Positions 11,732 to 25,170 of a stretch of 64,000 nucleotides of DNA are shown one piece after another. Source of the stretch: Octopus vulgaris (lineage: Eukaryota); NCBI GenBank assembly GCA_951406725.2, contig OX597840.1:17670001-17734000 (forward strand). The letters run 5' to 3'. A program made the position numbers and the translations under genes. The first letter of the stretch is position 1, and each line of letters begins with the position of its first letter. The notes under the pieces were generated by a model. It had not been told where the DNA came from and made no database searches. It worked only from the letters and a program-made list of their open reading frames with translations.

Positions 11732-12071
11732 TACACTTCCTCATCAATGGAATAATTTAGCATCTTCAGACTATCATCTCTTCCACCCCATGAAAGAGGG
11801 TTTGAGAGGCAAACATTATTTCAGTGACGAGGAAGTGAAAACTGTAGTGAAGAAGTGGCACAAAGAACAGTCAACAGAATATTACAGCGCAGGGATACAT
11901 GCTCTCTTTCGAAGGTGGAACATTGCTATTGAGAGAAAAGGTGACTATGTTGAGAAGTAGGGATCTGATCCAAAGAGGACCAGCTTCACTTTGATGTATG
12001 ATGCATGTTCCTGTGTTGTTAATTATACATGTCCTAAACAAAATGGCATTACTTTTTGACTTACACTCGAA
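11732..12071 (+). mobile_element. Mariner 3' fragment
   Basis: LASSDYHLF...MKEGLRGKHY.SDEEVK...GIHALFRRW...GDYVEK* plus TIR. Confidence 0.85.
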
Positions 12072-12268
12072 ATTAAAAGTTGGGAGTGGGTGGAGGGAAA
12101 GAAAATGCAAAAAGGAAGAATGGGGAAAGAGAAGAAAAAAATGAGGAATAAGAACAAGGATAAAGAAGAGGAAAAACGATGAAGGTGAAGAAAAGATGAA
12201 GGAAAAACAAGGAAGAAAATGAAGGGGTGGGGAATCCCAAATGAAAATTCTTCTTCATTAATTCTTAC

Positions 12269-12482
12269 CCAACACATTATTCACATCAGCCATTGTGAAT
12301 AATTCCACCTGTTTATTTTGGTTGAAGAAGTTCTTGTAAACCCTCTGTCCACCAAATAACCACACATCGCTATCGTCTGTAATGGAACCATCTGTCTGTT
12401 TGGTGATGTCCAGGTAAGCACACTGCGCCTCGGCTTCCATTGGAGACACAAGGAATGGCACACCAAACAACAGCAGCAGTTC
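12269..12482 (-). CDS. ERCC5: ERCC5 coding exon 9, XPG-I core ([17 protein letters not shown]...[12 protein letters not shown])
   Basis: Catalytic EAEAQ and TDDSD motifs; cag acceptor, gtaaga donor. Confidence 0.97.
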
Positions 12483-13517
12483 CTGTCAACATAGAAAAAT
12501 AACATAAACAAATTCCTTAATACAAACATTGTTGTTTTAACTGTTTTTGAGGGGCAGGATTAACCCATAAAGCCCTGGGATTTGCACTCACATAGCATGG
12601 ACTGCTGAACACATTTTACGAAAATGAGACTACCATGCACACATAAAAAACAAAAAAATAATGGCAGTGTGGTAAGTAGCTTGCTTACCAACCACATGGT
12701 TCTGGGTTCAGTCCCACTGCATAGCACCTTGGGCAAGTGTCTTCTACTATAGCCTTGGGCTGACCAAAGCCTTGTGAGTGGATTTGGTAGATGGAAACTG
12801 AAAGAAGCCCATCATGTATATATATATGCGTGTGTGTGTGTTTGTGCGCCCCCCCCCCCACCAGCATTGCTTGACAACTGATGCTGGTGTGTTTACGTCC
12901 CCATAGCTTAGCAGTTTGGCAAAAGAGACTGATAGAATAAGTGCTAGGCTTACAAAGAATAAGTCCTGGGATCGATTTGCTCGACTAAAGGCGGTGCTCC
13001 AGCATGGCCGCAGTCAAATGACTGAAACAAGTAAAAGATGTAAGTATATAATGGTGGCAAGTTTTACGTCACCTGAAAAGTCGTTAGTTGAACTATCTCT
13101 TGGCAGACATTTCAACAAACGCCCATAAATTAAATGCATCAATCTGGGCCATGATCATGGCCTGTTGACCTATGCCTGACAGCCATGATTGTGGCCTGTT
13201 GTGCTTTGTGTTAATCTGGCTCCTTGTTTGACACCAAACGCTTTCATTGTTGGTTGCATTTAACACTTCAGCATTTAAACCAGCCGCTCCCAGCCCCAAA
13301 TATTCTACCAGCTTTATGTTCAAGCTGGCCATATCCAGCCTCTCACACCTACCCTACAATGTCATGCTAAAAATAAACACATCATTGAAATCTCAAAGTT
13401 ACAAGATAATGCATGATGAATTGAAACAAGTAAAAAATAAAAAATACATATATATACATACACACAATCATACATACATACACATGTGTGTATGTATATA
13501 TATATATATATATATAT

Positions 13518-13697
13518 ACCAGAGTAAGCACATAAATGTGAAACAAGGTGGAAAAAAGAGTACTCAAATACCAGTGGTAGAGTAATATGCTTTATTTAAA
13601 AGCAGCAGAAAATTCAACAAAACCGGTTACTCTGAGTAACGGCAACGGGAAACTCAGAGTAACAGGTTTTGTTGAATTTTCTGCTGCTTTAAATAAA

Positions 13698-13700
<3 letters not shown>
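13518..13700. mobile_element. Same Penelope-like family, with internal hairpin
   Basis: Inverted repeat 13590-13698 with a GAAACTCAGAGTA half-hammerhead; (TA)n flanks. Confidence 0.6.
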
Positions 13701-13743
<43 letters not shown>

Positions 13744-13886
13744 GTGTACATTTAAACACATAAGAGGTATCAATCATAGGATACCTGGCATGCTAGAAGG
13801 AATAGCCAATAGTCTATTGACTAATTTTTCTACACACTAGGCTGGTAGTAAAAATTTTTTTAATATTTTCTTACCCTGATATTATT

Positions 13887-13918
<32 letters not shown>

Positions 13919-13982
13919 TCACACAACATACAGATAATACAATAGGTGGGGGTTGTGTATATAAATATATATATAAACACAC

Positions 13983-14102
13983 CTGAGCTTCCAGGCGCAT
14001 CTGGTCAGAAATGGTCATGGCTAATCTCTCCTGTTTTCCCCGTTCTTGTAGTAACACATTACTCTCAGCTTCCAGTTCTGACCTCATAGTGGACATAGTT
14101 TC
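13983..14102 (-). CDS. ERCC5: ERCC5 coding exon 8 (ETMSTMRSELEAESNVLLQERGKQERLAMTISDQMRLEAQ)
   Basis: Helix leading into XPG-I; tag acceptor, gtgtgt donor. Confidence 0.94.
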
Positions 14103-15917
14103 CTATAAACAAGTGACCAGTGGTCAAAGAAAGACAACAAATACAAAATATAAACACCAAATAACAACTTACAAACAAAACATGTTCCCTAACGAATAAC
14201 AGAATTAGATTAAAACATTTTAAAACTGAATAAAAAGTATTTATCCTTTGTGGCTTTGGATAAAAGAGGATACAGGAGGGTCAGTTAATTATTATTTTAT
14301 TCCTGTAGGTGCAGGGGTGGCTGTGTGGTAAGTAGCTTGCTTACGAACCACATGGTTCTGGGTTCAGTCCCACTGCGTGCCATCTTGGGCAAGTGTCTTT
14401 TATTATAGCCTTGTGAGTGGATTTGGTAGACGGAAACTGAAAGAAGCCCGTCGTATATATGTATATATATGTATGTGCATGTATGTTTGTGTGTCTGTGT
14501 TTGTCCCCCTAGCATTGCTTGACAACTGATGCTGGTGTGTTTATGTCCCCGTCATTTAGCGGTTCGGCAAAAGAGACCGATAGAATAAGTACTGGGCTTA
14601 CAAAGAATAAGTCCCGGGGTCAAGTTGCTCGATTAAAGGCGGTGCTCCAGCATGACCATAGTCAAATGACTGAAACAAGTAAAAAGAGAAAAAAAAAGAG
14701 AAAGAGAATACTGGACTATCCGTGACCTGTTGGGTCACTAGAAAAGTCTGAGTTTCCTAGCAACGGAGTCTTGTTTTGTAGGTTTTTTTTTTCTTTTCCA
14801 GGTTATTTTGCATGCTATCAATGAATGTGACATTGACATCATGTGTAAATGACTCTTTTCCCCAGAAAAGGAAGGAGTTGGCTGCTATTTCTTGCATGCC
14901 TTGCTACTACATAACAGGTATTTTGGGTCCTTTATCGCAAATAGCTGTTATATGGTAGCAGGGCGTGCTAGAAATAGTAGTCAAATATTTGGAAGTGAGA
15001 GACGTTGAATGCACTCAAAAAAACCTAAGAAAGAAAATTATTTCACCCAGGTTATGAACAGGTCTTTAACGAAATATTCACCATATTTTTAAAGTCATTT
15101 TTACTTTAAAATATTTTTTAAATATGTCACAAAAAACTTTTGTATTGGAATTCACTTGAAAATAATTTTAAAAAACATTAAAATATTGTCTGTTTATAGA
15201 AAACTAAAATATAAATACTTACTGTACAAACAGCTTACATTTTTGAAATTACATTCACTTAAAAATATTTCTAAATGATTAAAATATTGTGTTTAACAAA
15301 AGTGAAAATAGAAACAACTACTGTAAAAAACAAATAGTTTTCTTTGTCAAGCCACTGTGTCTAATAGAAAGGTAAGAGTTTCTTCCCTTTCAGGGTTATT
15401 TTCGGAATACTTTTCCATTATGCACTGTTTTGGGTATTTATACCCCAATATCTCAAAAACCACTTGTCTGAATTATGCGAAACTTGTCTAACTCTGTTCA
15501 TATTAACATTCCAGGTCCAACTTAATCCATAGTATTTTCCTATTATGCGCCAGTCTGATTGGGTAACATTGCAAGCAAGCAAGCAAGATTCAAGCTAACT
15601 TCTAATGTATTATAGATATTCCCCTCTCAGATTCACCCATTTATTACAGTAGTCCTTCGATTTTTCCAAGCCCTGTAAAAGAACTTGGAAGGTTAAGCCT
15701 CCAACCAGGCCTTTCACAATACCCTTAAATCCAGGAACTTTTCAGCACCCCCTTGTAAAGTTTGACACTGGTTGACACCTGCTTACTCCTTCCTCACACC
15801 CTTAAAAAATGCATCCACTCTCTCATCCTCTCCCATGACTCACTATCCATGTCTTCTTTTTTGCTCACCTTCATTTAAACGATCTAGCCTCATACTTTTT
15901 AAACATAAACATCTTAA

Positions 15918-16397
15918 CCTTTTTGATACCAAATCAGCTGAAACCACCTATGGCTCTGTAGTACAAATGTTTTGTTTCCAAAAGTTCTGAATAAAAATCT
16001 TCCACCAAACCTTAGCCACAATTTATGTTCCTAACACTAGCTTAATGATAACTAAGTCATTTTACTAAATTCTTTGTTATATTTTAAATAATTGAAAGAA
16101 ACACAGAGCATCTCAACAGAAGAAATATGGTAACAAAAGGGTTAAAATATATAATAGAGAAACAATTCTTAACCCTTTCGATACCAACCCGCCTGAAACT
16201 GCCTCTGGCTCTGAAGTACAAATGTCTTGTTTTCATAAGTTTTGAATTAAAATCTTCCACCATTCCTTACTCACAATTTATGCTCCTAACATTAGCTTAA
16301 TGATAACTAAGTTATTTTACTAAATTCTTTGGTATATTTAAAATTAATTGAAAGAAACACAGAGCATCTCAACAGAAGAAATATGGTAACAGAAGGG
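15918..16397 (+). mobile_element. Two head-to-tail piggyBac-type MITEs of about 225 bp (15918-16141, 16173-16397)
   Basis: TTAA-CC(C/T)TTT..ATACC ... GGTAAC..AAGGG-TTA ends. Confidence 0.8.
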
Positions 16398-16515
16398 TTA
16401 CACATAGACAATGGCATCATTGAAGCGTCAAGGCAACAAGATGATGCAGGATAAATTCAAAACAATAAGCTTTACATCTGGCAGACGAATCTGAACCCTA
16501 AAGGGCTAAACTTAC

Positions 16516-16787
16516 CTGAGTGAGCCCTTCAAATTCATTTACTTCCACCTTCCTTTGGAAGTCTCTTACTGCCTCCTCTTCTTCCTCCTCCTCCTTCTCT
16601 TCCTCCTCATCGTCTTCATTGTAAAGGGTGTGGATGCCAGCCCTGTCATCGGGCATCTGGTTGCCTTCTTCATTGGCCAGTGACACAGTTGCCGTGGTGA
16701 TGTCATGTGGCTGGTCACTGACAGAATGGAATCTGTCGTTGTAGAATTTTTCCACATCTTCGATTTCGTTCACTTCGAGAAGGTCTT
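16516..16787 (-). CDS. ERCC5: ERCC5 coding exon 7 (acidic spacer, DLLEVNEIED...NEFEGLTQ)
   Basis: Phase 1 to 0, fits both neighbours; tag acceptor, gtaagt donor. Confidence 0.88.
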
Positions 16788-17522
16788 CTACATTGGAAGG
16801 GCATCAATGGTGGTGGCCGTGGTGGTTGTGATGGGAGAGTTGTGGTATTGGTGGTTATGAGGATGGAGGAGAGGTTGATGGTGGTGGTGTATACACAGTA
16901 ATGGTTGTTATGGTGATGGAGGTGGAGTAGGAGTGATGGGGAAAGGGGAAAGAAAAGAGAAAACAGAGAATTAACATGAAAGATGTCCTCCAGAGATAAT
17001 AACAAATAATAATAATAATAATCTACAGCTGGATGCCCTTCCTAATGCCAACCACTTTACAGAGTGAACTGGATGTCTATTACATGTCGCTGGCACAGGT
17101 CAGGTTCTTTTTACATGTCACTGGCACAGGTGCCCAAAATGTGTCACTGGCACAAGTGCCTTTTGCTTGAATTTCTTTTTGATTCTGTCCGTTAGTTTGC
17201 TTGTAATAGTTACCCTTGAGCTGTCTATGCAACCATTTATTTGTTTTTTGCTTAGGAACCCAGGTGGAGGATAAAGTTAGACACAAGGGCCCAGGTCTGA
17301 GAGGGTTAATTTAGATTTGTTTTAAACCAAGAAGCTTGTATAAAAGAACCAGAGGCAGTTTCAGGTGGGTTGGTATCACAAGGGCTTAATGGTAAAAGCT
17401 TTTATTTTCATTCCCTTTGAAATTGCTCTTAAATGTGGTTTTGGACGTTTTGACTGCTCCATCAAGCATATAAGGCTGCCTGTTAAGAATTACCTCTTTC
17501 GTGTTTAAATGTACACTAATTT

Positions 17523-17554
<32 letters not shown>

Positions 17555-17830
17555 TACGTATACATACATACACACACACTCAACAAACTTCTAGTTTCCA
17601 TCTACCAAATCCACTGACAAGGCTTTGGTCAGCCTGGGACTATACCAGAAGACACTTGCCAAAGTGCCATACAATGGGTGGTTGGGAAGCAAGCTCCTTA
17701 ATCTTATCAAAGACCTGCAGGCTCTTTCCAGTTGCAAATCTCCATGATGTCACATGACACACAGAAACCCTAGAAATTTTCAAACTTCACAGTAAGATAT
17801 CAACATAAATCTTAATAAAATGTAACTTAC

Positions 17831-18770
17831 CATCTTCGCTCTCGCCAGAGTCTGATTGTATTTTCTTCTCTTCAAAGTCTTCATCTGGAACAATCACATC
17901 TTTTTTGGATTCATCATCAGTAATAACATCTTTTACAGTCACATCTATCTTAGCTGCATCATCTACAGTCACACCTTTAGACAGCACTGAACTGTTGTCC
18001 AGGCTGGTACCATGTTTCTCAGAACTAAAAGAATCTTTTAATCTACCGACAACACCTGGTTTATTTTCTGTTGCTGTCACACCTGATGCTGCCTTCTTTT
18101 GATTTAAAACCGTTTTTGGTGGAACAGAATCCTCTTCTGATTCTCCGCTGTCAGAATCTGACAAAGAAACCTTTGTTTCAAGTGTTTTACTGCTATTATT
18201 TTCTGGCTCTCCAAGACATGTTTGGTCAGCACTGTGACTTCCTGATTCTGCAAATTTGGCCCAATTAAACAAAATATTTTTATCAACATTGAAAATATTT
18301 TGTGAATTAGCAGAGCCCTCACTGTCCTCTTGCAATTTCACTTTTGAGTTCAGAAAATCCTTTTCCTGTTTAATGTTTGGCAGCTGTTCACATGGTTTCT
18401 TTTTGACACCATATTTCATCTCTTCAACCCACAGATTACCACTGGTATTTACAGAATCAGGACATTTATAAGATGGAGCTGGTTTTGATGATTCTCCATC
18501 CGACTCCTCGCTATCCTTCATCTCTTCTTTCTTCTTTTCTATAACCTCGAGCGCAGTGTCTTTCTGCAGACCTTTCACAAATATGAAATGAGAGCTGTCT
18601 TCTGAAGCGATCTTCTGGATATTAACAACTTGGTCAATGATGCCAGATTCAGTAGAGATTTTCCCAGACTTTCTGGCAATTATCTCTTCTTGAACTTTAT
18701 CAATTTGGTTTGTGATTTTGTTCTGCTTCAGAAGTTTTGATATTTGATACGAAGCAAAGCCACCAGCATC
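17831..18770 (-). CDS. ERCC5: ERCC5 coding exon 6 (DAGGFASYQISKLLKQN...IASEDSSHFIFVKG plus acidic/Ser-rich spacer)
   Basis: 940-nt open exon containing most of track ORF 17787..18578; conserved FxxYQ and SEDxxHxxxxKG motifs; tag acceptor, gtaagt donor. Confidence 0.93.
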
Positions 18771-20769
18771 CTAATCAAATGTAAAAGAAAAATCAATAAT
18801 TTAAAGCAGGGAAACTACAAGAAGAACAAGAAAGCATCAAAACTTTGGTAAAGCAAAATCAAGTTTCCTTATTCTTTCACCCAAGGAATTGTTGAATTAT
18901 ACAACAAACCACTCCTATTAGTCGTTAGTTGTCAGGACACTGTATTCCTTCACTCTTTTGCATTTAATCTGGGCATATCTGGCCCAAATATTTTACCTGT
19001 TTTATGTTCAAATTAACCAGATCCAGCCTCTCACACCTACCCTACAATGTCATTCTAAAAATATACAAACACACCATTGAAATCTCGAAGCTACAAGATA
19101 AAGCATGATTAATTCAAAGCAATGTGAATAAATTAGCATTACATTTGAAAGAGTAATCTGAATGCTAAAGGATTAAAGAATTCCTTGTTTTTTGAAATTC
19201 ATCAACATCGTTTTTATTCTGCTGCCCTGTACTATCTCCTACACACACACACCCTTGGTACCCCTGCTCCATCCATTCCAACTTGATGGTCCACTCTCAC
19301 GCCATTTATAGAACTTTCCAACTCCCCATCACCACCATCACACATGCACCATCATCTCTTCTAAAATATAAGTTAGGTCATTCTTCTTCAGCACTGGTTC
19401 TCAGTCAGGGTCCATACAAGATTTTTTTGGAGTCCACACAAGCAAAATGATAAATTAGGGATCCACAGTAATAATTTAAGGGCCCATGAAAAAAAGTTTA
19501 CTTTAGATGTGTTAATTGAAGAAACAGTGAAGTTTCTTTCTGTGATGTTTTACATAATTTAACATTTTTCCAGCCCCTGAAACCTGTTCCCTATACAAGT
19601 GAAGGTGTGAAAAGCAAAATGGGAATTTTAAAAGAAGTCTCTATATAAAGCTAGAGTGCCCATGACTTTTGGAAGCAATTTTTCAGGCTCAGAATTGCTG
19701 AAGTATGGAATAAACCTACCTGCATCAGTAGTTAGCTGTTGGGACACCAGATTCTTCAAATCTTCCATGTTTCCTGAAATTCACCAACTGTACCCCCCAT
19801 GCCCCCACCACTAACTGTTTTTTTTTTTTCTTGAAGACTTATTCACAATTCACTTCATGTACAAGTTCTATGTACTGTTCATGTGGTTTTGGTTGCTTTT
19901 TCTGATAAGTTGTAGAGCACCAAAGAACTGTATTCAATAAATTGAATATTATTATTATTATGACATCAAATGGCAATGGGTCTCCATCAGAATAAAATAG
20001 TAATCAAACAGGTCTTGCAAGGTACACAGTGACCTCACTAGTGCTGGTGCCCCATAAAAAGCACCCAGTAGACTCTGTAAAGTGACTGGTGTTAGGAAGG
20101 GCCTCCAGCGGTAAAAACCAAGCCACACAAACACTAGAGCAGAATGAGGTTCTTGGACCTATTGGATCCTGTCAAACTGACCAACTCATACCATTATCCT
20201 CCTCCTCATCATCATAATCCTTTAACGTCTGTTTTCTATGCTGGCATGGGTTGGATGGTTTGACCAGAGCTGGGAAGCTGTACCAAGTTCCAGTCTGATT
20301 TGGCTTGGTTTCTACTGCTCGGTGCCCTTCCTAATGTCAACCACTTTACAGTGTGTTCTGGGGGCTTATAATGTGCCACCAGCATGAGTGCTTTTTACGT
20401 GGCACCAGCACAGGATTCTTGCAGACCAATTCTTTTCACCAGGAGATGCAGCCTTAATACTTCTACATTGGAGGACTGAAATTTAAAGGATGATAATGGT
20501 GACTACCCCCAACGTTCCTACACACTCTTTTCTCTTTATAACTCTTTTACTGTTCACTTTTCTATGTTCTTATGTTTTATTTTATGTTCTAGATAGTGAC
20601 AATGTCGGGGTCTTTCCACCTGTCAGGTATAGTCTTCCCCAGTCAACAAAGAAGAAACAAAGAGTGAAGATGGGATGTGAGGTGAGGGATGCCATACCTG
20701 TAAATCTCACCTGGAATCCCATTGTCACGGGGAGAGGGCCCATTGCACCACATTAAGGGTTGTGGGGGA

Positions 20770-21010
20770 AGGGGTTGTCAAGCTCTGTCAGGATAGCAAG
20801 ATCTGGAATCTCTTCAAGTGCTGTGTGTAGGGGGGGGGGGTCTGTGGGGTCAACCCTATTCAAAAGTTCTTGAAAATGTTTGACCAACCTGTGAAGTATA
20901 CACAGTTTTCTCAGTAAGGTGCCACTGGCTGATCTCACCAAAGCAATCACCTCTCTGCATGGGTCAAAGATTATCTTAATCAAATTGTAGAATTCGTGTT
21001 TTGTTCTCAA
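20770..21010 (-). mobile_element. Decayed LINE ORF fragment (region between endonuclease and RT)
   Basis: FYNLIK...VRSASGTLL...ILHRLVKHFQELLNR resembles the RTE linker. Confidence 0.55.
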
Positions 21011-21315
21011 TCTGCAAAACCTTGGATTTCTTCCAATACTGTATATTGGGGAGGCTTAGTGAATCTAAAACTACCTCATTATCCAAAGTATATTTCCTAC
21101 TTACCAGACAGTAGGTATGAATCAAAAGAGATTTGGCTGCTATTTCTAGCAGGCCAACCAAACTCATAGAGGATCTCCCTTGAATCAAGGAGCTGAGAGG
21201 ACAAGATGGCCATGACTGGAATGGAATTCTTTTAATCAGGTCTGCTCAGAGTTGACCTGGGGCTAAACAACAACATCAAACAAACAAACAAACATGCATA
21301 TCCTGTTAGATTTAC

Positions 21316-21459
21316 CTCTGGTAATTCCTGAATCTGGTTCCATGATGACCGTTTCATGGATTCTTTGATTTCTTTGAGGAATTCATGTTGGATCTCAGGA
21401 GGCAATGCCTGGAATTCTTCAGAATCAACATTGATGTCTTTGATATTTTGATAACGGGA
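21316..21459 (-). CDS. ERCC5: ERCC5 coding exon 5, ubiquitin-binding-motif-like (INVDSEEFQALPPEIQHEFLKEIKE)
   Basis: Matches the XPG 'DxxSxxFxxLPPExxHE' motif; tttcag acceptor, gtaaat donor. Confidence 0.95.
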
Positions 21460-22188
21460 CTGAAAATAGGTAAATGGATAAGTTTATAGATAGATGGATG
21501 GACAAATAGCTCAAACAGGTATGGTTGTTTGGTTGGTTGGATGATGGGTAAGAAGATGGATGCATGGATACATAGATGGGTGGATAGACAGATAGAATAA
21601 ATAAATAGACTGATGGATAGACAGATAGATGGATGCATGGATGGATTGATAGATGGAGTAATAGATTTATTGTTTGTTCCTTTTCAAGCCATCCCTCACT
21701 CATTTGGGCCAGTTTCCCGGTTTCCTTGGCATATAGGTTCCCCACCTGGACAGGATGCCAGTTTGTCGCAGGTGAGCTGCAAGATGCAGGAGGAAAGAGT
21801 GAGAGAAAGTTGTGGCGAAAGAATCAGCAGAAGTTCACCATTACCTTCTGCCGGAGCCACATGGAGCTTAGGTGTTTCGCTCATAAACACACACATCGCC
21901 CGGTCTGAGATTCGAACCTGTGATCCCTTGACTGCAAGTCCACTGCTCTAAATACGAAGCCATGTGCCTCCATGGAGTAATAGATAGATAGAGGCAAATA
22001 GATATAGCTAGACGGATGGATGGAGACAAATATATATACAAATGGATGGATGGATAAAGTAGAAACCAGATCTGTATGTCTATAGATAGATGACAGGGCA
22101 AATAAGTAGGTTTGTGGAGAGATGGTTGGTGAAAGGAAGAGTCAGGAAAAAGGTGAAAATAAAAGGGGCCAAAAAAAGATTAACTTAC

Positions 22189-22246
22189 ATCTAACATGGA
22201 ATGGTGGTGATCCCAAGGGTCTTCCTCATTCAGCTCATCAAAGTAT
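22189..22246 (-). CDS. ERCC5: ERCC5 coding exon 4 (YFDELNEEDPWDHHHSMLD)
   Basis: 58-nt exon restores phase between exons 3 and 5; aag acceptor, gtaagt donor. Confidence 0.85.
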
Positions 22247-22900
22247 CTTCACAAATAGAAAACAAAACAAAGCATAAATAAAGGGGTGGCAGAGAGTTGG
22301 GTAGAATTGGTGAAGTGTTGGATGAAATGATTTGTGGGATTTGTTTACATCAGTGGTTCTCAACCATTTTTTACCTATGGATCCCTTTAATTCCTATTCT
22401 ACTCTACTGGACCCTCAGCGTGCCAGGTGAAATGCTTAACGGAATTTTGTCTGTCTTTAGAGTGGCTGTGTGGTAAGTAGCTTGCTTAACAATCACATGG
22501 TTCCGGGTTCAGTCCCACTGCGTGGCACCTTGGGCAAGTGTCTTCTACTAAAGTCTCGGGCTGACCAAAGCCTTGTGAGTGGATTTGGTAGATGGAAACT
22601 GAAAGAAGCCTGTCATGTGTGTGTGTGAGTGTGTATTTGTCCTCTACCATTGCTTGACAACCCCTGTTGGTATGTTTACATCCCCCATAACACAGTGACA
22701 TAAAATAAGTACCAAGTTTAAGAAAGAAAAAAAAAGCCCTGGGGTTGATTCATTTGACCAAAAATTCTTCAAGGCAGTGCCCCAGCATGGCCACAGCAAA
22801 AGATAAAAGATTAAAATAAATGTGAAAAAAAAAAAGCAAACAAGCACCCCCAAGCAAATTTATCCCAAACCCAAGAATTCTGGCAAACAAAGCAACTCAC

Positions 22901-23145
22901 TTCTGGCTTGTTTCTGGGAGTTCATCCAGTTCAAACAAGTCCCGTTGGCGAGGTTTAGAAGAGATGAGGCGGGCAACCGTTTTTGAAGGGGATTCCTCAG
23001 CATTACTATTACCAACTTTCTTTTTGGGGCTGTTCTTCTCAATGGTTTTGTTCAAGAGTTGCTGTTTTAGAAGATTGTGGAGAAGCTTGTTGGAAATTTC
23101 ACCTGATTTATCAGCAGCCGTTTCCTTTTGTTCACGACGGTGAGC
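22901..23145 (-). CDS. ERCC5: ERCC5 coding exon 3 (AHRREQKETAADK...RDLFELDELPETSQ)
   Basis: Continues the frame with the conserved RR helix; cag acceptor, gtgagt donor. Confidence 0.93.
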
Positions 23146-23149
23146 CTGA

Positions 23150-23628
23150 GAGAGAAGTGAAAGACAGATAAATAGAGAGAGAGAGAGAGAGAGAGATAAG
23201 TAGATAGATAGAGAGAGCGAGAGATAAGTAGATAGAGAGAGAGAGAGAGATAAGTAGATAGAGAGAGAGAGAGATAAGTAGATAGAGAGAGAGAGAGAGA
23301 GAAGTAGATAGATAGATAGAGAGAGAGAGAGATAAGTAGATAGATAGAAAGAGAGAGAGAGATAAGTAGATAGATAGAGAGAGCGAGAGATAAGTAGATA
23401 GATAGAGAGAGAGAGAGAAGTAGATAGATAGATAGAGAGAGAGAGAGATAAGTAGATAGATAGAAAGAGAGAGAGAGATAAGTAGATAGATAGAGAGAGC
23501 GAGAGATAAGTAGATAGATAGAGAGAGAGAGAGAGAGAGAAGTAGATAGATAGATAGAGAGAGATAAGTAGATAGATAGAAAGGGAGAGAGAGAGAGAAG
23601 TAGATAGATAGAAAGAGAGAGAGAGAGC
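23150..23628. repeat. Compound (GA)n/(GATA)n satellite with higher-order AAGTAGATAGA(GA)n units
   Basis: Directly visible; abuts the ERCC5 exon 3 acceptor. Confidence 0.95.
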
Positions 23629-24274
23629 AAGACATGCTGAGATTTGTTGGAAGTCAACAAACATGAGGACAGAGGTACACAATACACAGTATTTAATCCT
23701 CCTCCTCCTCATCATCATCATTTAATGTATTTTCCAAGCTGGCATGGGTTGGATGGCTAGACTGGTAAGAACTGGTAAGGCCAAGGACCATTCCAGGCCC
23801 CATTGTCTGTTCTGGCATGGTTTCTATAGCTGGATGCCCTTCCTAATGCCACCCACTCCACAGAGTGTACCAACTGCTTTTTATGTGGTACCATCACCAG
23901 TGCGTTTTACTTGGCAGCAGCACCCACACCAATGCAACCATTAACTGCAGCAAGTGGTTAGAGGTTTTACTCCATGGTTTGGACAAACCCTCTCCTTTTT
24001 CTGCAAAAGAAGTAGAGACACCCTCAGTGACACTTTTTACAAAAGACAGTTTTTGAGATTTTTCTAAACCTTTTTCATGAAACATCTCTTTGCAGGGCAA
24101 GAATCAAATACTTTTAGAAGCAGAGAATATCAGTTCTGTTTTTTTGGTGGATAATTAATATCATTTCAGGAATAGTCATGAAATTTAATTAAGTAGTCAA
24201 GGGGTTAACATTGCATTCATGATTTACAACTAACAGGTTCAAATCAAACACAAGGCAGTATTATGCTCACACTA

Positions 24275-24488
24275 AGGCGGCAAGCTGGCAGAAACGTTAG
24301 CACGCCGGGCGAAATGCGTAGCTGTATTTCGTCTGCCGTTACGTTCTGAGTTCAAATTCCACCGAGGTCGAATTTGCCTTTCATCCTTTCGGGGTTGATA
24401 AATTAAGTACCAGTTACACACTGGGGTCGATATAATCAACTTAATCTGTTTGTCTGTCCTTGTTTGTCCTCTCTGTATTTAGCCCCTT
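24275..24488 (+). mobile_element. SINE with Deu/Nin-like central domain (many copies, e.g. 5950-6107, 9722-9950, 27250-27630, 56480-56710)
   Basis: Core CCTTTCATCCTTTCGGGGTYGATAAATTAAGTACCAG; TSD GTATTATGCTCACACTA. Confidence 0.8.
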
Positions 24489-25170
24489 GTATTATGCTCA
24501 CACTACCTCAAAGATGGTAACCATCTCCTATCAGGGCTGGATTAAGACCCATAGAGGCCCTGAGCACTTAAAAGATTCTGGTGCCGCCATATATTTGTAA
24601 TTCAAAATATAAACAATAATAAACCATAAAATATATTTTTATTTTTCAAAGTGAAACAAAACTAACAGTAAGATGGAGAATAATGTTTAGTTCTGAATTA
24701 TTTCATTTTATTTATATTTTACAAGTTTTTTCCTACTTTTCTTAATTGCAAAGTCTTTGATCAAATCTTCACTATAACACCATGAAGACTGAAAAATTAT
24801 ATTTCCAATCATATTCTTGGATAGGCTGCCAATCAGTCAAAGGATTACAACTCATTTTGTTGGCTGAGTGAACTGAAGCGATGTGAAATGAAATGATTTA
24901 CTCAAGAACACAACATGTTGCCCAATCCAGGAATTGAAACCACTATCTTACGATCATGAGTCCAACATTCTAACCACTAAGCCGTGCAAAAATTAGTAAT
25001 CCTGTAACTGACTGGCATCCTATCCAAGGGAGAATATATTTGACACAGAATATTATTTTAGCAAGTTTAAAGTGCTTTCATTTGTGCTGTAAACCAGTTA
25101 CCATTTCTGTGTCCCTCCCCACCACTTCCCTCGATGCCCAAAGCACATGCTTATTTTGCTTAATGGTTAA

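Noticed and set aside
22897-23721. 274-aa Ser/Leu ORF
   Set aside because: Only 22901-23145 is a real exon; the rest is satellite
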